Shown: positions 37,263 to 50,300 of the stretch, one piece after another
Layout: every line of letters starts with the position of its first letter
Position numbering within the stretch: the first letter of the stretch is position 1
DNA from: Perna viridis
Taxonomy: Eukaryota
Direction of reading: 5' to 3'
Length of the DNA stretch: 64,000 nucleotides
NCBI GenBank assembly: GCA_037379345.1
Contig: CM074512.1
Coordinates: 9,982,001-10,046,000, forward strand
Notes under the pieces: generated by a model
The model's database searches: none
Told to the model about the DNA's origin: nothing
The model's input: the letters and a program-made list of their open reading frames with translations, nothing else
Made by a program: the position numbers and the translations under genes

Positions 37263-37634
37263 TCATAATGATTCATCTAGATTTTCTTTCAGCGTCATCA
37301 CGTTGCACTGAATCAACTCTCCTGTAATGTTATAACTGTAAGACACAGAGAAAGCATCATTTCCCTGGTGCCAAGTTCTCCTTGGTTTAATGGGAACAAG
37401 CTTGGGACGCTTATATGGAAAATTACTTGAATGCACAAACCTCGTCTCCTTCCCTCCTGCTTTGTTAAACGTGATTTTTTTATTTGATTGGTTTGTTCTG
37501 GAATTTTCATTGACCAGATTACTGCAAGAATGTCTATTACAAGTATTTTTTTCTAAAGTATCTGCTGCAGTTATTGGTGTAGATTCTTTTTCTTCCTCCA
37601 CGACAACCTTGTTGGTGCTTGCTGATGAACCCAT
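37263..37634 (-). CDS. Uncharacterised 123-aa protein with predicted N-myristoylation motif (MGSSAST)
   Basis: Good Kozak context GCGATGG; hydrophilic composition; KRPKLVPIK motif; head-to-head with the 312-aa ORF. No family recognised. Confidence 0.55.
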   Translation of the reverse strand: MGSSASTNKVVVEEEKESTPITAADTLEKNTCNRHSCSNLVNENSRTNQSNKKITFNKAGGKETRFVHSSNFPYKRPKLVPIKPRRTWHQGNDAFSVSYSYNITGELIQCNVMTLKENLDESL

Positions 37635-37705
37635 CGCTTCCCGCCGTATCCAAGATAACTTTGTGACGTCATTGACGTACTATAACAACGCAATGTTTGG
37701 GAAAA
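37635..37705. promoter_or_regulatory. Putative compact bidirectional promoter with CRE sites
   Basis: TGACGTCA at 37664-37671 and TGACGTAC at 37673-37680, near the middle of a 71-bp CpG-rich spacer between two ATGs. Confidence 0.55.
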
Positions 37706-38644
37706 ATGGGCGTAAATGTAAGTAAAAAGGAAGAAAAACAAACCAAAAGAGCAAACGAAATAGATAATCTCATCAAAGCAGGTGAAAGTTGCAATTCGTC
37801 ATCAAGTAGTTCACCTGATAGTTCAATATTTAGTAGCAGCAGTTCAAACAGTGAGAATCTCGAAGAGGTTACACAGTGTGAATCAAAGAGCAATGAACAG
37901 ACATCAGAAACAGGTCAGTTGGAAGTACAAGATGTACCTTCAGAGGAATCTGAACTACCGTCATTGAGTAACCAGGTCCGTAAGCTACCTAACACAGACA
38001 AAACCGAAAAATCAAAATCTGATATATCAAGGCCAATTAGTGATGCTGAAAAACGACTTCGATTGTATGAAAATGAGATTAAAGCAACAAACTCAGAACC
38101 TTCACAGCGACAATCCACATCGTCGGCCAACGGTGGTGAAAACAGAAATCCTGACTATCCTTCGGTACTTAGAAAGACTAGGCCTCATATTTTCCTAAAA
38201 AATGATGATATTCTTAAGGTACGTAGAACTGGAGTGTTTGCTAACGACCCATTCCAAAGTCTTAGTCCGGTGTCGGCAAAAAAACCAGGACAAAGTGATA
38301 TTTTGTACCAACTTGGCCAAGAAGGAATAGTCAAACCAATGACAACCGAAGAAAGGACTATAGGAGAACTTCGTTCAGCAGGGATACTAAATCAAACAAG
38401 TGATGATAGCTTATCAAAGAAAATATACCCACGATTAGCGCCATTGAAGGTAGAAAGTGTCTGGGCTAAGGTCCCTGAAGCTAAGTTAGCCGCACCCTGG
38501 GAAAGAAAGGACTGTCTTCGGGCAGATAGTAATGAGGCATTACCGGGATATGTTCCATCTGCAAGTGAACGCGAAGGACAAGCGCTAACTAATAACGAAT
38601 CTACTAAGTTAAAGCTGAAGATGATGAATATGGATTTATTATAA
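37706..38644 (+). CDS. Uncharacterised intronless 312-aa protein, predicted N-myristoylated (MGVNVSK), with STMND1-like motifs
   Basis: 939-nt ORF in AT-rich DNA, AAAATGG start, Ser/Glu/Lys-rich disordered N-half; QSDILYQLGQEGIV and TIGELRSAGIL resemble the DILEELxxxGII motif recalled from STMND1; PRLAPLK. Confidence 0.78.
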   Translation: MGVNVSKKEEKQTKRANEIDNLIKAGESCNSSSSSSPDSSIFSSSSSNSENLEEVTQCESKSNEQTSETGQLEVQDVPSEESELPSLSNQVRKLPNTDKTEKSKSDISRPISDAEKRLRLYENEIKATNSEPSQRQSTSSANGGENRNPDYPSVLRKTRPHIFLKNDDILKVRRTGVFANDPFQSLSPVSAKKPGQSDILYQLGQEGIVKPMTTEERTIGELRSAGILNQTSDDSLSKKIYPRLAPLKVESVWAKVPEAKLAAPWERKDCLRADSNEALPGYVPSASEREGQALTNNESTKLKLKMMNMDLL

Positions 38645-39609
38645 AATAATAGACATTTTCAATAGTTTTATATAATGCATGTCAAGACAACACTAAAAAA
38701 AGGATGCAAATGATATTTCTAGATATAATGGGAATTCAAATTGCTTCTAAACGATTCGAGAATACATGTTGTTATTTATATTTCTGTTTTCAATTTTTGT
38801 TAGTTTTTTTTTTCTTTTTGCGTTCAGCTCACCAACCGTCGGAAGTTTCAGTCCCAGGTGGTAGCTCTCTTGAACTAAAATCGGATTCATTTGTAAAAAA
38901 AAAAGACCTTTTAACTATAATATAGAATTCGAAAGTTTCAGAGAGGAAATTTGTCCAAAAAATTGAAGTAACGTGTAGCAGTGGTTAAAATTTCAGTCAG
39001 GTTTTACAGTGACCTATAATCTTGAAAATCAGTGAGGTTCTAAATATTAGTATTGATCCTGAAGTAATAATGATTTTACTAATTTTGATACCGCTGCCGT
39101 GATCTTCTTTTTTAACCTACTTTGGAATGAATTAGTATGTACGAGGTTTTTTAAGTTGGTCAAAATCTATTGTTAGATGTTAATTGTAGAATGTCATAAA
39201 TCTTGATGCTTGTTGATCTAAAATTGAAATGTGATCCTGATCCTATGACCTCCTGAAAAGTACATTTGTTTGACCAGTAAAATAAAAGCAATGGCTACTA
39301 TATGGTTTTCTCGTGCAATGTGGTAAGAGGGACTTCAAGGGAACTAGGGTTCAAACGGTAATAAAAAACCATAATCATAGGTTAAGGACTACAGACAAAG
39401 AAAATATGAAATAGTCAATTATACTGACTTGAGTCACTGAAACTTACACATTTTAATAATATGGTGCATACCATTCGAGACAGAACTAGATGATACCTGA
39501 ATAATAAAAATCCAATAATTTTAACTTTAGTTCAAAGGTCATGGTCAAGAATGTATGCGACATCGTTTAATGGTAATACACCCATGTGCCGAATTTGGTA
39601 TGCCTTTAA

Positions 39610-40145
39610 AATGTAACGTCTGGGATAGCCAAAGAGGAAAAATATGTAACGGGGGAACAAATCGGTTCCCATGGTGCAGATGGACACATCATAACGATCC
39701 ATAAAACTATTGTGAATACTTCGGTCTTGAAGCAACAAAGCCTAATTGTAAGAAGTCTAGCACGGTACAAAAAGTCTGGGTAGTTCCAGGCAAGCTGTAG
39801 CATAACGAGACAGCGATATAGGCAGGTGCGGAAGGGATATTTCCACAGATGAAAGATGAAAGGAAAGTTGACGATATGGAACAGTTCATCGCGTTTGTCG
39901 TATAGTTTCCTTTCCATCGATTTTCAAGAGTAGGTCAAGATAAGAAGCTAATTTTATAGTGTCATAACAAAAGTTGTTTTCTTTCCATTCTTTAGTATAG
40001 ATGAATCTCTGTTTCTTCTTCCATAAGATCAGCCTCATAAGAGTTCAGGCATACGTCAGTAAGTAGCGGGGTACAATTTTCCCACTGGAATGCCGACCGT
40101 CAGTTGAACACTCGACTTATGTATCGATAAAAAATCCAGCATTTA
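39610..40145 (-). mobile_element. Decayed Penelope-like RT fragment
   Basis: VGIPVG.NC.PLL, SYEAD, SYLDL, KLYDKRD, IVNFPF, GNIPSAPAY with frameshifts; same family as 23678-24232. Confidence 0.75.
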
Positions 40146-40429
40146 TATCTAGTATCTTACTTTGGTCATGGTATACAAAGTAAGCAGAATCTCTACGCTA
40201 TGTAGATATGTATTTGTGTATAAATGTTTCATTTTTTCCTTACAGTAACAACGATGAATGTGCATTATATTTTTGAGCACGGGTAATAGTAGTGTAATGA
40301 GATGAAAAATCATAGACCTTGTTGCTATAATAAACAAGAATTGAGAGTTCTCAAAAGCTCTTTCGAGTTTTTAGGATCTACATGGACGAATCGTAGTAAC
40401 CATAAAAGTAACAATCACAAAAATTGGTA

Positions 40430-40790
40430 CTAAGATAAGGTTGTAAGTGGCTCCCCCAGACACTAAGATTAAGGATGTAGGCATGCTGTGGGCTCTCCCC
40501 CCAGGTAGTAAGGTAAGGTTGTAGGTGTGTCTGCCAGGCTCCCCCCCCCAACCAGACACTAAGATTTAGGATGTAGGCGTGCCTGCCGGGCTCCCCCAGG
40601 TACTAAGATTAGACAAAATGTATACAGTATCTGCTAGGCTTCCCCCAGATACAATATACTTTTGTTTTCTTTCATTTTTGAGTTCACATGCATTTTCATT
40701 TTTTACACCTTTCATGTATCTGCTGGGCTCTCCCCAGATACTAATTTCTGAAATAAGTTCGTTTTCTACAAGTAGCCCCCAGACTGCCAA
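40430..40790. repeat. Degenerate ~45-bp minisatellite
   Basis: Recurring GGCTCCCCCAGA(C/T)ACTAAGATT..GTAGG. Confidence 0.75.
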
Positions 40791-42137
40791 ATTATGTTTT
40801 TTTGTTTTGTATTATTGAATATTGTGTTTATGTAAATATTTTGTACTGATGTTTTACTTAGTTTTAATGTAGTTATTGTAATAGATTAATTAACTTCATG
40901 TGTTTGCGTTTGCAAAGATGTTAAATGTTTTGACTGCATACAAACAATACTATGAAGTCAGAACTGTCTGAAATTTTATTAGTTTTTAAGAAAATGAATG
41001 TGGAGCTGCCTCCTCCTTTTTAATCATCTATGCCAATTTTTTTTAATGAAAGTCTTGTTTTGGGTGATTTTCTGGTAACATTCACTTCTCGCTCTAAAAT
41101 ACCAAATGAAAGTGATAAGTAAGTAAAAATTTTCAGAAATTTGAATTCTTATACTTCGTACGGAAGTAAAACAAACATTCTAATCTGAATAAATGAAACC
41201 TCAATTTTTTAAAATATTTCCTCCTTCTACTTGTCAAATACTTAACATAGCTAAATTAACAGATATTACTACAAGCAAGTTAAAAGAACCATCAGAAGTG
41301 CAATGAACTACTTACTAAAAAAGAAAAAGTACATTTCATGTTCTTGGAAGAAAATTTTAAAAACTATATTTTGGACAGAATTTCAATTGTGCATCACTCC
41401 CTAGCCACTAATGTGAATTCACTTAGGCTCTAATACTAACTTCACTAAGTTAAATATGTTATGGACCTTAAGTTTAACATGAATTAGTAAAATTTTAAAT
41501 CAAAAGATGAGACAATTGTAGCTAGTAGAGAATTTGTACTCGTTACATAGATAGATGTGATATTTGTAAAGGTAAAGAAGTGTAGAATGTAAGTTATAAA
41601 TTATCTGATAGGGCACCATTTTGCTCTTTCTACTGTACAGCTGAATAGTAGTCTACAACAAAAATCCTTGGTTGAGGCTACACCAAGACTCTTACAGATG
41701 AAACTTCTATTTGAGAAAGAAAAACTCTCTTCATAGTCCAACTATTTCTGAAAATGGATCAAACCATATTATATGGCATACTTACAGGAAGAATGTGTTA
41801 AAATTTCAAGCTGCTGTGATGAGTAGTTCCCGAGAAAATTGACAAAAAAATTTTAAGATGGACCAGGATAATACAGTATACTCCCCTCTCTTTCCAAGAG
41901 AAGGTATAAAAAATAGTGATCTTAACCTATGAAATACATATATGCATGTTAGTTTGACTTTTTTTTTAGAAATAAAGAAGTTGATTATGTACATACCAAA
42001 TTGTAACAATAATGTTTCTTGTAGAAGGTCAACATTGATACTGTAGTCATGGACTCGCAATAATAGAATTTATGTTGATGACCTTCAGGTAAAAAAAAAA
42101 CAAACCAAAAAAACACTACATTTTGAAGTAAAAACAA

Positions 42138-42143
42138 TTTATT
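42138..42143 (-). terminator. Candidate TDRD9 polyadenylation signal
   Basis: TTTATT on + (AATAAA on -) ~2.1 kb past the stop, followed by a T-rich tract on the minus strand. Confidence 0.35.
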
Positions 42144-42254
42144 CAAATAAGAGAATCAAAAACCTCATCAATAACAATACCTTCAAGAGCTCCTCTTTTG
42201 GAACAATTACCAAAAAAAAAAAATACATGTGTCATCATAAGTGCTGTAAAAGCA

Positions 42255-42685
42255 TCATACTGTCACAAATACTCTCATACAACAAAAACATCTGAGCTCT
42301 GATGACCCACTCTCTCATACAACAAAACATCTAAGCTCTGATACTGTTATAACCCCTCTCCCATACAACAAAAACAGAGCTCTGATGTCCCACTCTCTCA
42401 TACAACAAAACATCTAAGCTCTGACACTGTTATAACCCCTCTCTCATACAACAAAAACAACTGAGCTCTGATGTCCCGCTCTCTCATACAACAAAACATG
42501 TAAGCTCTGATACTGTTATAACCCCTCTCCCATACAACAAAAACAGAGCTCTGATGTCCCGCTCTCTCATACAACAAAACATCTAAGTTATGATGCTGTT
42601 ATAACCACTCTCATACAACAAAATATCTAAGCTCTGATGCTGTTAAATTACTTCTCTCTTACAACAAAATATCTCAGCCCTGATT
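42255..42685. repeat. Higher-order tandem repeat (alternating ~35/~43-bp monomers)
   Basis: Core CTCTCATACAACAAAA recurs ~11 times with alternating spacers GAGCTCTGATGTCCC and CTAAGCTCTGATACTGTTATAACC. Confidence 0.88.
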
Positions 42686-44228
42686 GGTTAAAGCTACACT
42701 GATTGTTGAAGATAGTATAGTAATTGTCATATATACTTTTTGTTGTTAATTGGCACTGTTACACTTTTAACCACACTACAGAGTAACATTTTGGTAATTT
42801 ATGGCTACAACATGTTGACACCTATTTCCCTCTAATTCCTGGTTATGTTTGTTCTATGTATGTTATACAAGATTTACTTTTCCATGTTCCATGCCACATC
42901 TTCCCTCATTATGGATTATGTTGTCAACTTAATGTGACCATAACAACATTTTCTCATTAAAAAAATATACCTATTCAAATTAAAGGTTTGCAAATTACCC
43001 GAGTTTTTGTAATTTTCATTTCTTAAAAAAAACCAAAAAACAAAAAACAAAACAAAAACAGGTAATCACACACATGTAAGACTTGATAATCTTGAAAAGT
43101 TTTTCAATAAATTTCAATGGAAGGTAAAGAAAAAGTCATTTGAGTGGATCTCAAGCAAAGGATTAAGTTACATAACACTGCATAATAAAGTATAGTGCAG
43201 ATTGGGTCCCCGTCATGGGAAATATTGCTGTTCGAATTAAGTTTCATTTGAGATATTCCATTGGGTTTCTAAGTTATATGAATCTTTAATGTGTTCCAAT
43301 GAGAAGATAATATCCTTAAACAAGTATATTTTTAAAACTTGCCTACTGGTTCTCTGCAAGAATGATATGATTGAATTTCCTCAGTGACAATAAAATATTT
43401 AATATGTTTTACACAGGAAAACTTGATTAACATTTCCAACTATATATGTCTAAAAACCATGTGAAGGGTGCAAAGTTTATACTGACACACTGCCATGATA
43501 AAGGATGTTAACTCCAAGATATAAACCCACAAGAATCTTATTGAGCATGTTCACATACCAAACACTTCCCCCTAGAAAGCGACCCCTTAAGAGGATTTCT
43601 TATAAAACCAAAATCCAGGCTTTATAATAACTAACTCTTCACCAACATTTGATGGAAATCTGACAAAAAACATAAGGCACTATTCAGACAAAACATATAA
43701 ATTTATGATTTTCATTAAACAATCTTTCTAGAAATAGTGATTCCCAACAACCAAGTTCTGTGAAAATCAATCTTATCCTAGCATTTATAGTTACCAGCAC
43801 TTCATCAAATTTTAAAAAGGAACCTGTGAAAAATTGAAGACTGTCCAGGGATAAAATAGAGACGGCAGACTGTAAGAGACCAGTAAAAAAACATTATACC
43901 TTCTGCGACTGTTGGATTCTACATTATTATAATGGGACCATTAGTTACAATAAGACTACATTATGTAAAACACAGTAAAAATATTACAACATGACTAGAG
44001 AAACAAACAATATAATTAGTAGTAAAGCGTAGACCATTATCATATCACTTGACTCAATACTCTGTGTATATAAGATCTGGATTTCAGATCTTGTCACAAT
44101 AGAATAAGCCAATAAGTTCTGTTCTGACAGGAATGAACAAATCTTCAAAACAGATCTTCTTAAGTCATCTGTATGGTCACAACAGGGGACCTTGTAAGCT
44201 ACACCAGGATAAACACAATGATGAGTCC

Positions 44229-44358
44229 TCAATTTGCCTGGTAGAGTGCTGCGACTTTATCCTGGTGACGACGCGTCTCTATATGCACTGCCAACAACTG
44301 TGGTGTAAGCCAAGTCATATTACATACCTCACAGGTAATAGGGTCACGCTTGCTGAAG
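44229..44358 (-). CDS. TDRD9: TDRD9 last coding exon (C2H2 zinc finger)
   Basis: FSKRDPITCEVCNMTWLTPQLLAVHIETRRHQDKVAALYQAN*; TTTTGTAG acceptor in the right phase. Confidence 0.82.
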
Positions 44359-47300
44359 CTACAAAATACAGTATGTTACATTGTAATAAATTAAGTTGCT
44401 AGTAAATAGTACATATCTGTTAACCTTCTGGATCCTCTTTGCAGGCAATCTCCTACAATTCAATTTCCATTCATTTTTGACAAATATTTTGTATATATCA
44501 TATGTGTATATACAAGTTAGTATATATCTGAATGAATAAGTGCTTAATATTTAAATGCAATTTTAACTAAAAACTACAAATACTAATCCCTAAAGCAAAG
44601 AATGGTCAAATCTGTGCTGTTAGCACTGGAGATTTTTTATTCTTGTGAAATTGTAACATAAACAAATTTCAAAGATTACATGATGTAAAATAAAACTGAT
44701 TATACATTTGCATTTTACATATCATTATGAACTTTTTTTCCCCCAACATGTATAAACTGAAGGTCAATCCAGACTACTGATCCAATCTCCCACACATTTA
44801 TGAATTTTGTTTCATGTCACCTTTTTCCCAAATTTTTAAACCTGTCCAAAAGTTAATGTGCATTTACATTCAAAAACTATATTAACAGAGTATTTATCCT
44901 ACACTGTAATTACACTCAAATGAAACAAATGTTAGCTTCAGAAATTTTTTTTTCTTGATGAACAGAAGATTTTCAAAAGCAAGACACTTTTATCAATTTG
45001 AATTTTACCACTTATTTTACTTGGTAAAATATTAGTGATAGGATGGAGAATTCAACTGATTAGTGTGTTAAATGGAACATTCTTAAAACATTTTACAATT
45101 CTTGACACATTACAGCAAGAACTAAATTCCCGAAATGCAAATTTATTACTAAATATCTTTCAAGGTCAAAAAAGAGTCCCTCAAATCTTCAGCTGATATG
45201 AAGACCAGATCTTAGTTTTATCTGCAGATATATTACAATATTTTTAGGCCGAATAAATGCAAGAAACATTTACTGGTTATAAAAGAGGTATTGAATGATA
45301 TAACAGAAAATACATTTAGACTATATTTTTGTGTAGTGTTCAGAACTAGTAGGGAAGTTCCAGTAATGGACTGGTGACATAAGGTATTTTGATCCAAAAG
45401 GATAAAAAACTCCAAAATTCTCTATACAAAACAACAAGAGTCTCCCAGGAGCCTGAATTGCTCACCTGGTAAAATATTTGCCTTTCAAGGGCAATAACAA
45501 GGAGTTGCCTGAGAATTTTGACTCAACAAGACTTATCATAAGGACTATTTCAGAAAAACTACTGTCTGATCCCTTTGTTCTATTTTTAGTAACAGTGGCC
45601 ATGTTTTTCGACAGATCACAAGTCCCAACATCATTTCAATGCACATTATCCCAAGGAACATTCATACCAAGTTTAATTCCAGACAAGGTTACCAAGTACC
45701 TTTTTTATTTATTAGTTGATCATCATAACAAATTGTCTTGTTTTAAAGATTTTTCAACGAATAAAACTTCCTTGGCTGTTTCCGCCTTTTTTTTAAAGAG
45801 TAAAACTTTGTAACATAGAAACAAAAAATTTGACATTTATACAAATCTGAAAGGAGCTTACATCAATAGATATGAACAATTCACCAAAGTTTCATAAAAG
45901 TAGGTGAAAGTGTTTTTGAGTTATTGTCCGAAAACTTGAAAATCTCCCTTTTTTAAGTATAAAAATTGATTACACAGAAACAAAAATCTGAAATTTATAA
46001 AAATCGAAAGGGTGTTTATATCAATATATATAGACAATTCACCAAAGTTTCATAAAAGTAGGTGAAATTGTTTTTGAGTTATTGTCCAAAAACTTGAAAA
46101 TCACCCCTTTTTATTAAGTAAAAAAATTCATAACATGGAAACGAAAAATCTGAATTTAAAAAAAAATTAAAGGGGAGCTTACGTCAATAGATATGAACAA
46201 TTCACAAAAATTTCATAAAAGTTAATGAAAGTGTTTTTGAGTTATTGTCTGAAGTGTGGATGACAGATGGACGGATGGACAACGGTATACCATAATACGT
46301 CCTGTCTTTGACGTACATATAAAAATGTGACCAAACTGTTTTTGGATGAACAGATGGACACAGTGAGCAGTATGGCCCACCAATTCTGGTGAGGATATTA
46401 ATATAAATGATAAACTTACTCCTTGGATACTGTGTTTAACCATTCAGCATGTTTTTTTAAGTACTCAGGATTTGACTTATCCACTAACATTTCTTCTTCC
46501 AAGATCTGGGCTTTGTGGAGATTCAAAAGTTTAGAATTGGCTGGAGTGTTCTCTAATGATGTTTCCAATAAATCATCTGGATCAACCTATGATCAAAGAA
46601 AAATTACTGGTTAACAACTAAAAAAAACCAGAGTATGAAGGAAATATGATTATTATCAGTGGACTTATAAAAAAGGGAAATAATCCAACTTCAGGATTTC
46701 ACATGTTTAAACCTTGCAAGTGCTATTGCTACTAAACTACTTGTTGGGATTAAAAACTTAAAGGAAGATTGAGATTATCAGATATACAAAATGCAACTCT
46801 TTGTAAGTGGTTTTGATGAATAGACATTATGGGAATGTTTTTCTCTTGATCAATATAATCCACACAATTCTTAAGATTCTCCAAAAATGTTGGTGACCAA
46901 ATCAAGTTACATTCCACTGACTTGCTTCAAAGGAGAAAATTTCTTAAGAAATATAACATATGAAGTGATGACTTAAGTTTATATGGACCCGAGAACTTCA
47001 AAATTCTATTAGTTGTTTACTACAAATGTGTAAGTTGTAAGGGGGGGGGGGATAAAATTTATTCATGATTCATGTCCATTCTGTGAAAATTTCTATGTTC
47101 AATGAACAATTAATACATAGAATTTTGAAATTGTGATTTTCTAACTTAGACAACTGTATGCATCCATATGGTATCATTTTTCACAGTAATTAACAAAAAA
47201 GAAATTTAAAATAAGAGGCTCCCAGGAGCCTGAATCACTCACCTGGTTGAATTTTGCCTGTCAAAGGCACTAAATTTAACAAGAAGTTGTCCAATAATTT

Positions 47301-50300
47301 TGAGTCAAGAAGTGTTTGGTAGGACTTATCATAAGATCTTCTCAACAACTGAAAGTTTCTTTAAATCTATCATAGTTTTCAAGACATATACTGAAAACTT
47401 TTAAGAAAAAGGTCATTTTTCCTCTTTGAAGGGCAACAACTCTTTCATCCCTGAAGATTTTTGTAGTCCTAATACATGTAATATGAATCATTTCAGCTAT
47501 TGAAAGAATTTGGCTAAACCTAATGGTTTTGGAGATACATGGGAAGAACTATTGTCTGACCCTTATGTTCTATTTTTAGTAATGGCTGCCATGTTTTTTG
47601 ACAGACCAAAAATCCCCACATTAATTCTGTGCAGGATACCCCAAGGAACTTTCATACCAAGTTTGATTTCAATTGGTCAAGTAGTGTCAATGGAGAAGAT
47701 TTTTGAAAGAAATAACATTAATAATAGCAAAATTCGTTGAAAGAGGGCAATAACTCCAACATAGCCTAACGGATTAAAACCAAAATTTGACCACAGATAG
47801 ATCCCATCATGCTGAACACTTTTTCCCCTACAACAGAATTTAACTAAACCTAACGGTTTAGAAGATATATGTGAAAAACTACTGTCTGACCTCTACGTTC
47901 TATTTTTAGCAACAGTGGCCATGTTTTTCGACGAATCAAAAATCCCCACATCAGTTAAAAAAATACCAACTTTCATTAAATTCTGTAAAGTAGTTTCTGA
48001 GGAGAGGATTTTTTAAAATAATAACATTATAAACAGCAAAAAACATCCAAAAAGGGCAATAACTCCAACATGGGTCAACAGATTTTCACCAAATTTTGAC
48101 CACAAATAGATCTCATCATGCTGAACACTTTTATATCAGAATTGAGCTAAACCTAATGGTTCTGGCAAAAACTACTCTGACCCCTATGATCTATTTTCAG
48201 TAACAGTGGCCATGTTTTTCGATGGATCAGAAAACCCCACTTCAATGCTATGAAGGATACCCCAAGAAACACTTATAACTAGTTTTGTTTCAATTGGTAA
48301 AATAGTGTCAGAGGAGAAGATTTTTCAAAGAAATAATATTAAAAATAGCAAAAAACTTTAAAAAAGGGCAATAACTTCAACGTGGCTGAACAGATTAAAA
48401 TGAAAATTTGACTGCAGATAGATCTCATCATGCTGAACACTTTAACCTGGTCAGAATTGGACTTAACCAAACCGTTTTGGAGATATATATGAAAAACTAT
48501 TGTCTGACCCCTATGTTCTATTTTTAGAAATGGCGGCCATGTTTTTCAATGGATCAAAAAACCCTACATCAATTCTATGCATGATACCCAAGGGAACATT
48601 CATACAAAGTTTGGTTCCAATTGGTCAAGTAGTTTCCGAGGAGAAGAGTTTTGAAAATTGTTAATGACGATGACGGACGCCAAGTGAAGGTAATAGCTCA
48701 CATGGTCTTCGGTCAGGTGAGCTAAAAATGGCAAAAATCGTTGAAAAAGGGCAATAACTCCAACACGGCTTAACAGATTTAAACCAAACTTTGACCAGAG
48801 ATAGATCTCATCATGCTGAACACTTTCATGTCAGAATTTAGCTAAACCTAATGGTTTAGGAGATACGTGTGAAAAACTACTGTCTGACCCTTATGTTCTA
48901 TTTTTAGTAATGCAGCCATGTTTTTCGACGAATAAAAAATCCCAACATCAGTACTATGCAGGATACACCAAGGAACATTCATACCAAGTTTAGTTTCAAT
49001 TGGTCAGGTGAGCTAAAAAGCTTATTTTTCAACATGTAAGAAGATGAAAATTTTAAAAGTGATTAGAAACTTGAACCCAAAAGAGACTGTAGTAGGCCTT
49101 ATGGATGGATTTCAGGTGAACTTATTTTTGGTTACAAAACTTAATAGTTTAAAAAATATCTCCCTAGTTGCTTTTCACAAGTTTTACTGTCCTGACATTA
49201 AAATATGAAGACCAAATGCTAGGAATTGTATATTCTTCAGTCTGTTATTCACATTGCTCTTTTATATTCTTAAAGAAATAGTTGGATAAAGAATAATTCA
49301 TGAGAGTGACTGCAGTTAGAACCTTCATGGCCATCAATTGTATGGTAAAATTGATTTGTGTATGGTGCTAACCTGGTTCCATGTGTAAGGTCTGTCATAA
49401 TGGACTGGTTCAACTGGTTCTCTTCTTCTTTGGGCTATTACCCTATTAACAAAAATGAACTATTAATCTAAAGTGCCAATGGCAGTTTTAAATTTCAATT
49501 CAGATCTGTTTATGAACTAAATTGCATCTATATATTTCTGACTAATGTGTCATTTATTTAACACATACAATACATAATTTATATAATAACATGACAGCTA
49601 TTACAAGCCTTAAAGCAATAAGCTTGATTAATTTTAATATATTTGTGACTAGAATAGACCATAAAACATTTCAGCAGGACACAGCTTGATACTATTGCAG
49701 TTAATTTTGGCAATTATAGACAAAACTGTAAAGCTTGATATATATTTGGATTATATTTAAAGGTTTAAGTTTCTGAACAGAACAAAGTGATAAAAGAACT
49801 TTAAAACTTGTAATTAGACATATAAAAAAGTACGCATTTTATGAAAAGTCAGAAAATGCATTTCTAGTAAATAGCAAGATATTTCATTTCCCTCTGGACT
49901 TTGTTTTCCTTATTATCAGAAAAAAAATTTTACTGGTTTTCTGTAATAATACAATATTTGTGAAAATGGACAAAAATTTACTACAACATAAACGGCAGTA
50001 TTGTAAAAATATTACAATATTAGATGAACTAATTTATTTCAGATGATGAAACTTACTCTAAGAGTTTCTTTCTGGAAGCTTCTTGTATTCTATAGATCGC
50101 ATCAAGACTCCATGTAGATACTTTTTCTTCATTACCGATTGCCAGATTGATAGCAGCCCTAACACCATTGATCTACAATTATATCATTATACAACTTCTA
50201 AATGTACAAAATATACACAAACAATATCATAGGGGCATTGTTTCCCAATTTCAATACAAATGAATTATCCCTAATTCAATTTTAATTTAAATTCAGGAAA

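Noticed and set aside
36360-39000. Possible transposon termini around the divergent ORF pair (TTAACCCT at 36362, TTAATAGGG at 36509, GGTTAA near 38983)
   Set aside because: No matching inverted pair or TSD was found.
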